64,000 nt of DNA from a bacterium (GTDB lineage: Bacteria; Actinomycetota; Acidimicrobiia; Spongiisociales; ZC4RG35), in the NCBI GenBank assembly GCA_028819345.1, contig JAPPLW010000059.1, forward strand, positions 3,890-67,889. The letters run 5' to 3'. The notes under the pieces were generated by a model, which was not told where the DNA came from, did no database searches, and was given only the letters and a program-made list of their open reading frames with translations. Positions 9,523 to 18,616 of this stretch are shown piece by piece. Numbering within the stretch: the first letter of the stretch is position 1; every line of letters starts with the position of its first letter. The position numbers were made by a program, and so were the translations under genes.

Positions 9523-10824
9523 ATGCGGCTCGATGTCGTGAACGGGCATGTCGTCACAGGTGACGGGCGTTCGTACCTGGAGGACGCCTCCGTCACGACC
9601 GAAGACGGATTGATCACCGGCCTTCACAGGATCCGGCACCTCCCCTACCGGGTGTACTCGCATCGGGTCCTCGATGCCCGGGGCGGTCTCATACTGCCCG
9701 GGCTCATGAATATCCACTCCCACGTGGTGAGCTTCGGTCCGCTCTGTCCGGGGCTTCCGAGAGAGGCCGCTCCCAAAGAGAGGATTCTCGCCAATCTCGA
9801 CACCCACCTGCTCCAGGGGACGACCACCGTGCTCAGCCTGGACGGCTTTGCCCTGCCCTTCGAGAACGACGCCATCAACAAACTGCATCCGGTCAACGTC
9901 AAGATGGCGACTCTCCATACGCCGAAAAACGTCGCCTCCGGAGAGATGGGCGGCAACCGGCTCCCCCCTCATCACCGCGGTTTCACCGCCGAGGAGGCTG
10001 TGTCAGCGGGTGCGGTGGCCATGGGAGAAGTGGGCTCCTGGGCGACCACCGGGGCAACCTACGAGAAGAACCTGCGGCTGGAGCGGCCGGTCTCGGTGAG
10101 CGACGCACTTGCTCTGGATGCCGCTTACCTGTCGGGAGACGACCTCGCAATGGTTCGCATCATCGAGAGAGCAGGTCTCGGACCCATGTCGCTGGATGAG
10201 GCCAAGACGCTGGTGAGGGAAACCAGCGTCGAGCCGATGGCGGTGGCCAAGGAAGCGATACTGGAAACCATCGACTTCGCGCCAAGGCTGGGGATACCCG
10301 CCCTGTGCCACACCGAACCGGACACGTACGACGTTGTCCGGGAGGTCGCCCGGGAGATCGGCGATAAGTTGGTGGCGCTGCACGTCAACTACCACGCCGC
10401 GGCCGAGGAGGCGGTCGGGATGGCGAGGGAAGTCAGGGGTCACGGGGGTTTCGTGGAGGTGATCACCGCCGACCACTTCGGCGCAGGCCAGCTGGAGCCG
10501 AGTCCGGATACGGCCTTCGCCCTGCTTTCGGAAGGGCTGGTGGATGTGCTGTCCACCGACTATTCGGGGGGCTATCACGACGCCATCCTGTTGTTCATCC
10601 AGAAGGCCGTGGAACACGGGGCGGTCTCTCTCCCCCAGGCCGTGAGACTGGCCACCAGTTCCCCCGCCAGCATCATTCCCGGCCTGGCTCCCCGGAAGGG
10701 CCTCATCGAGCCGGGATACGTCGCCGACCTGGTGGTGGTGGACAGAGACGACATCACCCGCGTGAGAACCGTCATCGTCGGCGGTCGGATCGTGGTTGAG
10801 GACGGACGCCGGGTAGACCGCTAA
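9523..10824 (+). CDS. Amidohydrolase family protein (cytosine/creatinine deaminase-like)
   Basis: LPGLMNIHSHV motif. ORF opens at 9502; the ATG at 9523 has the better upstream G-rich SD. Sits divergent from mmsA and upstream of hyuAB. Confidence 0.7.
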   Translation: MRLDVVNGHVVTGDGRSYLEDASVTTEDGLITGLHRIRHLPYRVYSHRVLDARGGLILPGLMNIHSHVVSFGPLCPGLPREAAPKERILANLDTHLLQGTTTVLSLDGFALPFENDAINKLHPVNVKMATLHTPKNVASGEMGGNRLPPHHRGFTAEEAVSAGAVAMGEVGSWATTGATYEKNLRLERPVSVSDALALDAAYLSGDDLAMVRIIERAGLGPMSLDEAKTLVRETSVEPMAVAKEAILETIDFAPRLGIPALCHTEPDTYDVVREVAREIGDKLVALHVNYHAAAEEAVGMAREVRGHGGFVEVITADHFGAGQLEPSPDTAFALLSEGLVDVLSTDYSGGYHDAILLFIQKAVEHGAVSLPQAVRLATSSPASIIPGLAPRKGLIEPGYVADLVVVDRDDITRVRTVIVGGRIVVEDGRRVDR

Positions 10825-10854
10825 AGCACCCCGAGCTCGTTGCCGGCCTCCGGC

Positions 10855-12348
10855 CTAGTCGCTCCTGGGGAAACCGAGGTCGACTCCCCGGTGCATCGGG
10901 TCCGCCCACCGGCTGGTTATGACCTTCTGTCGGGTGTAGAAGTGCACGCCCTCGGGCCCGTAGATGGCGTGGGTCCCGAAGATCGAGTTCTTCCAGCCGC
11001 CGAAGGAGTAGAACGACAGCGGGACCGGTATCGGCACGTTGATGCCGACCATGCCCACCTGTACCTCGTTCTGGAACTTGCGGGCGGCGCCGCCGTCGCT
11101 GGTGAACACGGCCGTCCCGTTCCCGAACGGGTTGTCGTTGATCAACTCGATGGCCTCGCCGTAGGAGTCGAGCCGCACCGTGGAGAGGACCGGCCCGAAG
11201 ATCTCGTCGGTGTACACCGACATCTCGGGGGTGACCTGGTCGAACAGCGTGGGGCCGAGGAAGAAGCCGTCCTCGTGGCCGTCGACTTGGAAGTCCCGGC
11301 CGTCGACCACCAGCTTGGCGCCTGCCTCCTCCCCGGCGTCGACGTATCCGGCGACCCGGTCCTTGGCTTCCCTGGTGATGAGGGGTCCCATCTCGGATCC
11401 CTCGTCGAAACCGGGCGCCACCTTGAGGTCGGCGATCCGCTCCTCTATCTTCGGAATCAGGGCGTCGGCGGCGTCGCCGACGGTGACGACCACCGATATC
11501 GCCATGCACCGTTCCCCGGCGGCTCCGTACCCGGCGGAGACCGCCGAGTCGGCGGCGAGGTCCATGTCGGCGTCGGGCAGGACAACCATGTGGTTCTTGG
11601 CCCCGCCCAGGGCCTGCACCCGCTTGCCGTGCCTGGTCCCCGTCTCGTACACGTAGCGAGCGATCGGCGTGGAACCGACGAAGGAGACGGCGGCGACATC
11701 CGGGTGGGTCAAAAGCGCGTCAACCGCCACCTTGTCGCCGTGAACCACGTTGAACACCCCGTCCGGAAGCCCGGCCTCGGCGAACAACTCCGCCGCCAGA
11801 TTCGACGCTGAAGGGTCTTTCTCAGACGGCTTCAAGATGAAAGTGTTGCCGCAGGCGATGGCTATCGGATACATCCACATGGGTACCATGGTCGGGAAGT
11901 TGAACGGTGTTATGCCCGCCACGACACCCAGTGGCTGTCGTATGGTGAACGTGTCGACACCGGTGGAGACCTGCTCGGAGTACTCCCCTTTGAGGAGATG
12001 GGCGATGTTGCAGGCGAACTCGACGACTTCGAGGCCTCGCTGAACCTCGCCGAGGGCATCGTCGAGCGTCTTCCCGTGCTCCGCGGTGAGCAGCCTCGCC
12101 ATGTCGAGGCGGCGGGAGGCCACCAACTCCCGGAACGCAAACATGATGTTCTGGCGTCTGGTTACCGGAGACCGGCCCCACTCGGCGAACGCCTCTCTGG
12201 CAGTCGACACTGCGGCGTCGACCTCTGCCTCGTCAGCGAACGCCACAGCAGCCGTCTGCTGCCCGGTGGCCGGGTTGTAGACCGGTCCCGTCCTGTCCCA
12301 GGTCCCCGTCCAGGGACTGCCCCCGATCCAATGGGTGATCGTGTCCAT
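10855..12348 (-). CDS. mmsA: CoA-acylating methylmalonate/malonate-semialdehyde dehydrogenase
   Basis: ALDH superfamily. N-terminus MDTITHWIGG and motifs GITPFNFP, FILKPSEKDP are MmsA-like. Real start taken at the ATG at 12348 (GGAGGAGA SD upstream) rather than the ORF-track start at 12495. Confidence 0.85.
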   Translation of the reverse strand: MDTITHWIGGSPWTGTWDRTGPVYNPATGQQTAAVAFADEAEVDAAVSTAREAFAEWGRSPVTRRQNIMFAFRELVASRRLDMARLLTAEHGKTLDDALGEVQRGLEVVEFACNIAHLLKGEYSEQVSTGVDTFTIRQPLGVVAGITPFNFPTMVPMWMYPIAIACGNTFILKPSEKDPSASNLAAELFAEAGLPDGVFNVVHGDKVAVDALLTHPDVAAVSFVGSTPIARYVYETGTRHGKRVQALGGAKNHMVVLPDADMDLAADSAVSAGYGAAGERCMAISVVVTVGDAADALIPKIEERIADLKVAPGFDEGSEMGPLITREAKDRVAGYVDAGEEAGAKLVVDGRDFQVDGHEDGFFLGPTLFDQVTPEMSVYTDEIFGPVLSTVRLDSYGEAIELINDNPFGNGTAVFTSDGGAARKFQNEVQVGMVGINVPIPVPLSFYSFGGWKNSIFGTHAIYGPEGVHFYTRQKVITSRWADPMHRGVDLGFPRSD

Positions 12349-12644
12349 CACTCGTCTCCTCCGTTCAAGAGCTCGGGCGCCCGACGAAGCGACCATGTGC
12401 AACCATGCCGTGCCGCGTTCCCGCTCGACGGCGTCGGGCCCAGGAATTATATCAATGCTGCCGGGTGGCCGGCCCCGGCATCTCCCCGACGACACCCGTC
12501 ACGGACCCTGTTGTGATATTTTGTCACATTCCTAAGATACGGCCCTATGTCAATTCGATCCCCCGGACCCGACCGGCGCCCTGGAGTGGCCGTCGACGGA
12601 GTAATGGCTACCGGCTGTGAGGCGAATCCGAGGCTGACTTACGC

Positions 12645-14756
12645 ATGAGCGCTTCCGGCCTTCGGCCGCCCGGCGAGGCACGAATCGGCGTTGACGTGGG
12701 AGGGACGTTCACCGATGTGGTGGTCACCAGCACGGGCGGGGAAATCTATACCTACAAACTGCTGTCGACCCCCAGGGACTTCAGCGAAGGCGTGGTCGAT
12801 GGGATCCGCGAGATCATCGAGTCACACGGCGTCGAGCCGGCCGACACCCGAGATGTGGTGCATGGAAGCACCGTGGCGACCAATGCCATCCTGGAACGAA
12901 AGGGCGCTTTCACGGGTCTTCTGACCACGGCAGGGTTCGCCGACGTGCTGGAATTGCGAAGACTGCGGGTCCCGAAGTTGTACGACGTGACCTGGCAGAA
13001 GCCCGAGCCGCTGGTGGAACGCTCGCGGCGCCTGGAGGTGATCGAACGAGTGGGCGTTGACGGCAAGGTGGTCACAGCCCTGGATCTCGACGACGCCCGG
13101 CAGAAGGTGGAGGCGCTCGTCGACCTCGGGGTGGAGTCGATCGCGGTGAGCCTCATCCACTCCTACGCCAATCCCTCGCACGAGACTGCCATCGGGGAGA
13201 TGCTCGCCAGTGAGCACCCCGAAGTGTGGGCCTCGCTCTCCCACCGGGTACTGCCCGTGATCCGGGAGTACGAGAGGACCAGCACGACCGTGCTGAACGC
13301 CTACGTCAGGCCGGTGGTGGCCTCCTATCTCGAAGCGCTCCGGGGAAAGCTCGACGGCCTGGACGTGACGGCGCCCTTGCTGATCATGCAGTCCAACGGC
13401 GGGGTCATGACCAGCGAGGCGGCAGCCGAGCGGCCGGCATACGTCGTCGAGTCAGGTCCGGCGGCGGGGGTGATCGCCTCGAGCGGGCTGGCCCGGTCGT
13501 TGGGGGTGGACAACGCCATCACCTTCGACATGGGCGGCACCACCGCCAAGACCGCATTGGTGGAAGATGGCGAACCGCATTTCACCGCCGAGTTCGAGGT
13601 GGCATCGGCGATGTCGGCCGGCAGTCGCTTGCGGAGCGGAGGAGGCTATGCACTGAGCGTGCCCTTCATCGACCTCGCCGAGGTGGGAGCGGGAGGCGGC
13701 AGCATCGTTTGGATCGACTCCGCCGGCGCTCCCAAGGTCGGTCCCTCCTCGGCCGGCGCCGACCCCGGTCCGGTGTGTTACGGGAAGGGAGGCGCCGAGC
13801 CCACGGTCACCGACGCCAACCTGTTGCTGGGGTATCTGAACCCCGCGGGGCTCTTGGACGGAGCGGTCAAGCTGGATGTGGAAGGAGCCCGGGCAGCGTT
13901 CGAGGAGAAGGTCGCCGGTCCGCTGGGCCTGGACATCCCGTTCGCCGCCTACGGGGCTCACCTGATCGCCAACGCCAGCATGATCCGGGCGATCAAGTCG
14001 GTCTCGGTCCAGCGGGGCCGGGATCCCCGCGACTTCACGCTGATCGCCTTTGGGGGGAGCGGTCCGGTCCATGCGATGGGGATCGCCAGGGAGTTGGGGA
14101 TCCGCCGGGTGATAGTGCCTCCCCAGCCCGGGGTGTTCTCCGCAGTCGGATTGCTGGAGGCCCGGCTGGAATTCCATGCCAAGAAGACCTTCCTCCGGCG
14201 CACCGCCGAACTGTCCCGGCGGGAACTCCAATCGGAGATCCGGGAACTGGAGGCCCAGGCGCGGGAAGGAGTGGGACATGGGAGCCTTCATACCGTCTCC
14301 TTCGAATTCGAGCCCTGGGTGGAGATGCGATACGTCGGCCAGGGCTTCGAGCTACCCGTGAGACTTCCGGGGTTCACCGACGACTGGACGTCATGGGTGG
14401 AGGAACTGGACCGGGCGTTCGGCGAGCAGCACCTCAACACTTACGGCCATGTGACCAACAACGCAACGGAGATCGTGCAACTGCTGGTGGTGATACGCGA
14501 ACAGAATCCGGTGGGCGTCCCGGTCGGCAGGCGCCCCGACTCGCAACCGGATGAGTCGAACAGGAGGGAAGTCTTCTTCGGCGGTGAGATCGGACTCCTG
14601 TCCACGCCGGTGCTCCGCCGCGGCGACCTCACGGCTACCCCCCGCCAGGCGCCGATGATCATTGAGGACTACGACGCCACCACGGTGGTGCCGCCCGGCT
14701 ACCGGGTCTTCCGGGACCGGTCCCAGAGTGTGATCATCGAGGAGGACTCGACATGA
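12645..14756 (+). CDS. hyuA: Hydantoinase/oxoprolinase family protein, subunit A (ATP-dependent)
   Basis: 703 aa. N-terminal ARIGVDVGGTFTDVV is the HyuA/oxoprolinase-A motif. Confidence 0.85.
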   Translation: MSASGLRPPGEARIGVDVGGTFTDVVVTSTGGEIYTYKLLSTPRDFSEGVVDGIREIIESHGVEPADTRDVVHGSTVATNAILERKGAFTGLLTTAGFADVLELRRLRVPKLYDVTWQKPEPLVERSRRLEVIERVGVDGKVVTALDLDDARQKVEALVDLGVESIAVSLIHSYANPSHETAIGEMLASEHPEVWASLSHRVLPVIREYERTSTTVLNAYVRPVVASYLEALRGKLDGLDVTAPLLIMQSNGGVMTSEAAAERPAYVVESGPAAGVIASSGLARSLGVDNAITFDMGGTTAKTALVEDGEPHFTAEFEVASAMSAGSRLRSGGGYALSVPFIDLAEVGAGGGSIVWIDSAGAPKVGPSSAGADPGPVCYGKGGAEPTVTDANLLLGYLNPAGLLDGAVKLDVEGARAAFEEKVAGPLGLDIPFAAYGAHLIANASMIRAIKSVSVQRGRDPRDFTLIAFGGSGPVHAMGIARELGIRRVIVPPQPGVFSAVGLLEARLEFHAKKTFLRRTAELSRRELQSEIRELEAQAREGVGHGSLHTVSFEFEPWVEMRYVGQGFELPVRLPGFTDDWTSWVEELDRAFGEQHLNTYGHVTNNATEIVQLLVVIREQNPVGVPVGRRPDSQPDESNRREVFFGGEIGLLSTPVLRRGDLTATPRQAPMIIEDYDATTVVPPGYRVFRDRSQSVIIEEDST

Positions 14757-16576
14757 CCGCATCGGGTGGAGCAGCCGCCATAGAGCGGGAACTGATCCGC
14801 GAGGGTCTGGCGGCGATATGCGAGGAGATGGCGGTGAGCGTCCTGCGGACTTCCCATTCGGAGACGGTGAAGAGCGCCATGGACTTCTCCACCGCCCTGT
14901 GTGACGAGACCGGGCAGATAATCGCCCAGGGAGTCACGCTTCCCAACCAACTCGGCGCCCTCCCGGAGGCGGTGGCGGCGATTCTGAGGCGTTTTGAGGG
15001 AGATCTCCATCCGGGCGACGTGGCCATGGTCAACGATCCGTTCGACGGCGGCATGCACCTTCCCGACATCTTCGTCGTGCGCCCTGTTTTCTTCGCCTCC
15101 GAGTTCGTGGGACTGGTGGCGACGGTGGCCCACCACGCCGACCTGGGCGGGATGGTGGCCGGGAGCATGTCCCCCTATGCGGAGGAGTGCTTCCAGGAGG
15201 GCCTACGGATCCCGCCGGTGAAGCTGTATTCGCGGGGAAGGCGGGAGGAGGGAGTGTTCGCCCTGCTGGGCGCCAACACCCGGGTGCCGGACATCGTCCT
15301 GGGAGACTTCGACGCGCAACTGGTGGCTTGTGCGACCGGCGTCCAAGCCTTCCACCGGATGATCCGCCGGTACGGATTGGCGGAGTTCAGGGCCCACGTG
15401 GCGGCTCTGTTGGACTACACGGAGATGCTCACCCGCCAGGAGATCAGGACCTTCCCCGAGGGGACCTACTCGTACGTCGACTATCTGGACGACGACGGTG
15501 TCCGCGACGATCCGGTGCCCATCGTCGTCTCCATCGAGATACGCGACGGTGGAGTCACCCTCGACTTCACGGGGAGCTCACCCCAGGTCCGGTCCTCTCT
15601 GAACAACACCCTGTCGTTCACCCATTCGAACACCTACGCGGCGATGCGCGCCCTGCTGCGGTCCGACATTCCCAACAACGCCGGGTTCTTCCGGCCGATA
15701 ACGGTCAAGGCGCCGCGGGGATGCATCCTCAACTGCGTCCTTCCGGCCGCCACCGGGACCCGCGGATTGACCGGTTTCAGGGTGATGGACGCCATCTTCG
15801 GCGCCCTGGCGCCCGCTCTCCCCGACCGGGTGATGGGCGCTTCCGACGGCGGGCTGTCGCTGGTGACGGTGGGAGGGGTGAGACCGGAGGGCGAGCGGTT
15901 CTCGGTGGTGGAACTGATCTCCGGGGCGTGGGGTGGCCAGGCTCTCCAGGACGGGGAGGACGGCGTGCCGAACGTGGGCGCCAATGTGAGCAACATCCCC
16001 GTCGAGATGCTCGAGTCGTCCCTTCCCGTGCGCGTCGATCGCTACGGCTACGTTCCCGACACGGGCGGCGCCGGCCTCCACCGGGGCGGCCTCTCACTCC
16101 AGCGCGAGTACACGTTCCTCCAGGAGTGCGACCTGAGCGTACGCTCCGACCGGGCAACCATCTATCCCTACGGGATCGGCGCCGGAAGGCCCGGAACCCC
16201 ATCATTGAACCTTCTGGGTCCGGATGGCGAGGAGACGCGGATGCCGTCGAAGTTCTCCCAGCGGGTCACGGAAGGGATGCGCCTGATTCATCGCACCGCC
16301 GGCGCCGGCGGTTGGGGAGACCCGCTCTACCGGGACCCGGAGCAAGTCGCAACCGATGTTCACAACGGGATACTGTCAACCGAGCGGGCATTCGCCGAAT
16401 ACGGGGTGGTCCTGATGCCGGATACGGACGAAGTCGACCGGGAAGCCACCGAAACGGAACGGACGGCACGCCGCGCCACGTCTGAAGACGCCACGTCCAC
16501 CCCGATCTCTCCATCGGCCCCGACACCGCTGGAGGACCGCATCAGCGACAAACTAAGAGCGTCTGGGAAGTTCTAG
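14753..16576 (+). CDS. hyuB: Hydantoinase/oxoprolinase family protein, subunit B
   Basis: ATGA overlap with hyuA. 607 aa with HyuB-type sequence (DPFDGGMHLPD...). Confidence 0.85.
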   Translation: MTASGGAAAIERELIREGLAAICEEMAVSVLRTSHSETVKSAMDFSTALCDETGQIIAQGVTLPNQLGALPEAVAAILRRFEGDLHPGDVAMVNDPFDGGMHLPDIFVVRPVFFASEFVGLVATVAHHADLGGMVAGSMSPYAEECFQEGLRIPPVKLYSRGRREEGVFALLGANTRVPDIVLGDFDAQLVACATGVQAFHRMIRRYGLAEFRAHVAALLDYTEMLTRQEIRTFPEGTYSYVDYLDDDGVRDDPVPIVVSIEIRDGGVTLDFTGSSPQVRSSLNNTLSFTHSNTYAAMRALLRSDIPNNAGFFRPITVKAPRGCILNCVLPAATGTRGLTGFRVMDAIFGALAPALPDRVMGASDGGLSLVTVGGVRPEGERFSVVELISGAWGGQALQDGEDGVPNVGANVSNIPVEMLESSLPVRVDRYGYVPDTGGAGLHRGGLSLQREYTFLQECDLSVRSDRATIYPYGIGAGRPGTPSLNLLGPDGEETRMPSKFSQRVTEGMRLIHRTAGAGGWGDPLYRDPEQVATDVHNGILSTERAFAEYGVVLMPDTDEVDREATETERTARRATSEDATSTPISPSAPTPLEDRISDKLRASGKF

Positions 16577-16774
16577 CCCCATCGTCGGGAAGGCGCAGGG
16601 ACGACTTGTCCGCTCGCGAAATCATCAAACGGCGGGAACCCTTGCAGCGTCTGATAGGACACCTATAGTGTCGTACGGACGTCGGAGGGAGGACCGCTGA
16701 TGCCTACGACCATTTCCCGGGAGGAAACGCGACGGGAGACAGCTTCTCCATGAGAATCGCGTACCAAGAGGCCA

Positions 16775-16826
16775 TGATGAGTCGCAATATGAGTTAGTAT
16801 GAGTCATTATTGAGTCATCACAGGAG
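16775..16826 (+). promoter_or_regulatory. Putative vapBC promoter/operator: four (A)TGAGT(C/T)A repeats including the 9-bp palindrome ATGAGTCAT, followed by an AGGAG SD
   Basis: Direct repeats at about 10-11 bp phasing immediately upstream of vapB in a lower-GC stretch. This is the typical layout of RHH-antitoxin autoregulatory operators. Confidence 0.45.
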
Positions 16827-16833
16827 TATGATT

Positions 16834-17097
16834 ATGAACCAACTGACCGTGAGGGGATTCGGCGACGAACTGGGCTCAGCGGTGCGTCGTCTGGCAGCTC
16901 GGGAGAGAATCTCTCTGAACCAAGCTGCACTGAGACTGCTGCGGCGGGGCGCCGGACTGGCCGAAGGCGCCGACACGGCAGAAAGGGTGGGGTCTTCCCT
17001 GGATCACCTAATAGGCAACTGGACTCTGGAAGAGGCCGATGAGTTGGATGCCGCGCTGGAAGATTTCGAGACCATCGACGCGGATGCCTGGAAGTGA
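16834..17097 (+). CDS. vapB: Type II antitoxin, RHH/CopG-like (VapB)
   Basis: Small protein MNQLTVRGFGDEL...ISLNQAALRLL. AGGAG lies 7 nt upstream of the ATG at 16834 (the track ORF opens at a TTG at 16810). GTGA overlap with the downstream PIN gene. Confidence 0.7.
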   Translation: MNQLTVRGFGDELGSAVRRLAARERISLNQAALRLLRRGAGLAEGADTAERVGSSLDHLIGNWTLEEADELDAALEDFETIDADAWK

Positions 17098-17492
17098 GGG
17101 TCCTGCTGGACTCCAACGCCTACTCCATGCTCATGCGGGGGCACGGGCAGGTCACCGAACTGGTTAGAAGGGCTGAGGAACTGTTGTTCTCCGCCGTTGT
17201 GGTCGGTGAGCTCCTTTACGGATTCCGGCGCGGATCCCGTTTCCAGCAAAACCTGGCCGACCTTCGCTCCGTCCTCGCCAGCCCGTATTCGTCGTTCGTG
17301 GAGGTGGGATCTGTAACAGCGGACCGCTACTCGCGGATCGCTGCATCCCTGCGGGCCAAGGGGCGTCCTATCCCTACCAACGATGTCTGGATAGCCGCCC
17401 ACACGATGGAGACCGGCGCCGATCTCGTTTCGGCCGATCAACACTTCGGACACATCGACGGCATAGTCTGGATACCGATCCCCGCCACCTAA
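17094..17492 (+). CDS. vapC: Type II toxin, PIN-domain ribonuclease (VapC)
   Basis: MRVLLDSNAY...D...NDVWIAAHT. PIN-domain acidic residues are in place. Overlaps the antitoxin stop. Confidence 0.8.
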   Translation: MRVLLDSNAYSMLMRGHGQVTELVRRAEELLFSAVVVGELLYGFRRGSRFQQNLADLRSVLASPYSSFVEVGSVTADRYSRIAASLRAKGRPIPTNDVWIAAHTMETGADLVSADQHFGHIDGIVWIPIPAT

Positions 17493-17503
17493 CGCCTGCC
17501 CGA

Positions 17504-18616
17504 CTAGCGCATGGGCAGAAGCTGTGCGGGGTTGTTGATGATGATCTGTCTGATCACCTCGTTCGAGATTCCCTTCTTGCGCATGAACGGAACGATGCTC
17601 TCGAGGATGTAGTAGTAGCCGTGGCCGCCGTAGCGGGTCAGCCGGTGTTTGGTGCAGATGTCCTGTGAGATGAGGAGACGAGAGGCCGTGTCGCCCTCCA
17701 GCAGTTTCACCATCCGGTCGAGGCGCTGGCCGTCGCTCGGCATGTCGAAGGGCGTCGCTCCGTAGAACGAGGACTCGTGACCGAAGAGGTCGAACTGGAG
17801 ATAGCTTTCCAGGTCCAGCAACTCCCAGAGGATGCCGATGTCCTGCACCCGGAGATCGAGGTGTCCAAGCACCACCCGGCTCATGTCGGCGCCGGCTCCG
17901 ATCAGGACTTCGGCCACCTCCATCGGGGACCTCTGATCCCGGCCGGTGTGGGTGGTGATCGCCACACCGGTCTCCTTCTGTACCTGGGCTGCGGCAGCCA
18001 GGACTCGTCTTTCTCGCTCATGCAACGGCCAGGTACAGGCGATCTTGATGACCCCTGCCTTGACCGACGTATCTTCCTGGCGACCCTGCCAGTCGTCATG
18101 ACCCTCGGTGGTGATCTTGACGCCGTCCAGGACCTCCGAGCGCATCAGGTCCGCCAACTGTTCTTCGGTCATGTTGTGCATATAAGAAGGGTGGGTATGA
18201 GCGACGTAGAACCCGGTGGACATGATGATGTGGACACCGCTTGCGCGAGAGATCCGCGCCAGGCCGACCGGATCCCGACCTATGCCGGGAGGCGTGACCT
18301 CGACCACGGCGCCACCTCCCCACTCTCGATAGAGCCGCATCTCATCGATGGCCGTGGAGATGTCTCCCAGCAGGAGGTTGTCATGGTGGCGGAAGTAGTT
18401 CCGGCGGATCCAGGCCAGATTGTCAAGGCGGATCGGTTCGAATGCGCGGACCCTCTCGCTGGCGGTTCGGGGTGCCTCGAAGATGCCGGTGACGTCGCAC
18501 AGGATGTGCTCGTGCATCATGGTCGCACCCAGCAGATGGGCGTCCACCTTCCCCAGTACGGTCTGGACCTGCCCGGATGGCGCCTGGCCTGGCGTTTCGC
18601 TCATCGTTTCTCTCAA
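17504..18616 (-). CDS. Phosphotriesterase-related (PTE family) metal-dependent hydrolase
   Basis: HEH motif (MMHEHILCD), TIM-barrel amidohydrolase PTE/Php family, 370 aa. Confidence 0.75.
   Translation of the reverse strand: MRETMSETPGQAPSGQVQTVLGKVDAHLLGATMMHEHILCDVTGIFEAPRTASERVRAFEPIRLDNLAWIRRNYFRHHDNLLLGDISTAIDEMRLYREWGGGAVVEVTPPGIGRDPVGLARISRASGVHIIMSTGFYVAHTHPSYMHNMTEEQLADLMRSEVLDGVKITTEGHDDWQGRQEDTSVKAGVIKIACTWPLHERERRVLAAAAQVQKETGVAITTHTGRDQRSPMEVAEVLIGAGADMSRVVLGHLDLRVQDIGILWELLDLESYLQFDLFGHESSFYGATPFDMPSDGQRLDRMVKLLEGDTASRLLISQDICTKHRLTRYGGHGYYYILESIVPFMRKKGISNEVIRQIIINNPAQLLPMR

Noticed and set aside
12512-12528. Possible canonical CRP/GlxR site
   Set aside because: The cores TGTGA and TCACA are present but with a 7-bp spacer instead of the canonical 6. 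Kept as a generic operator candidate rather than called as CRP.
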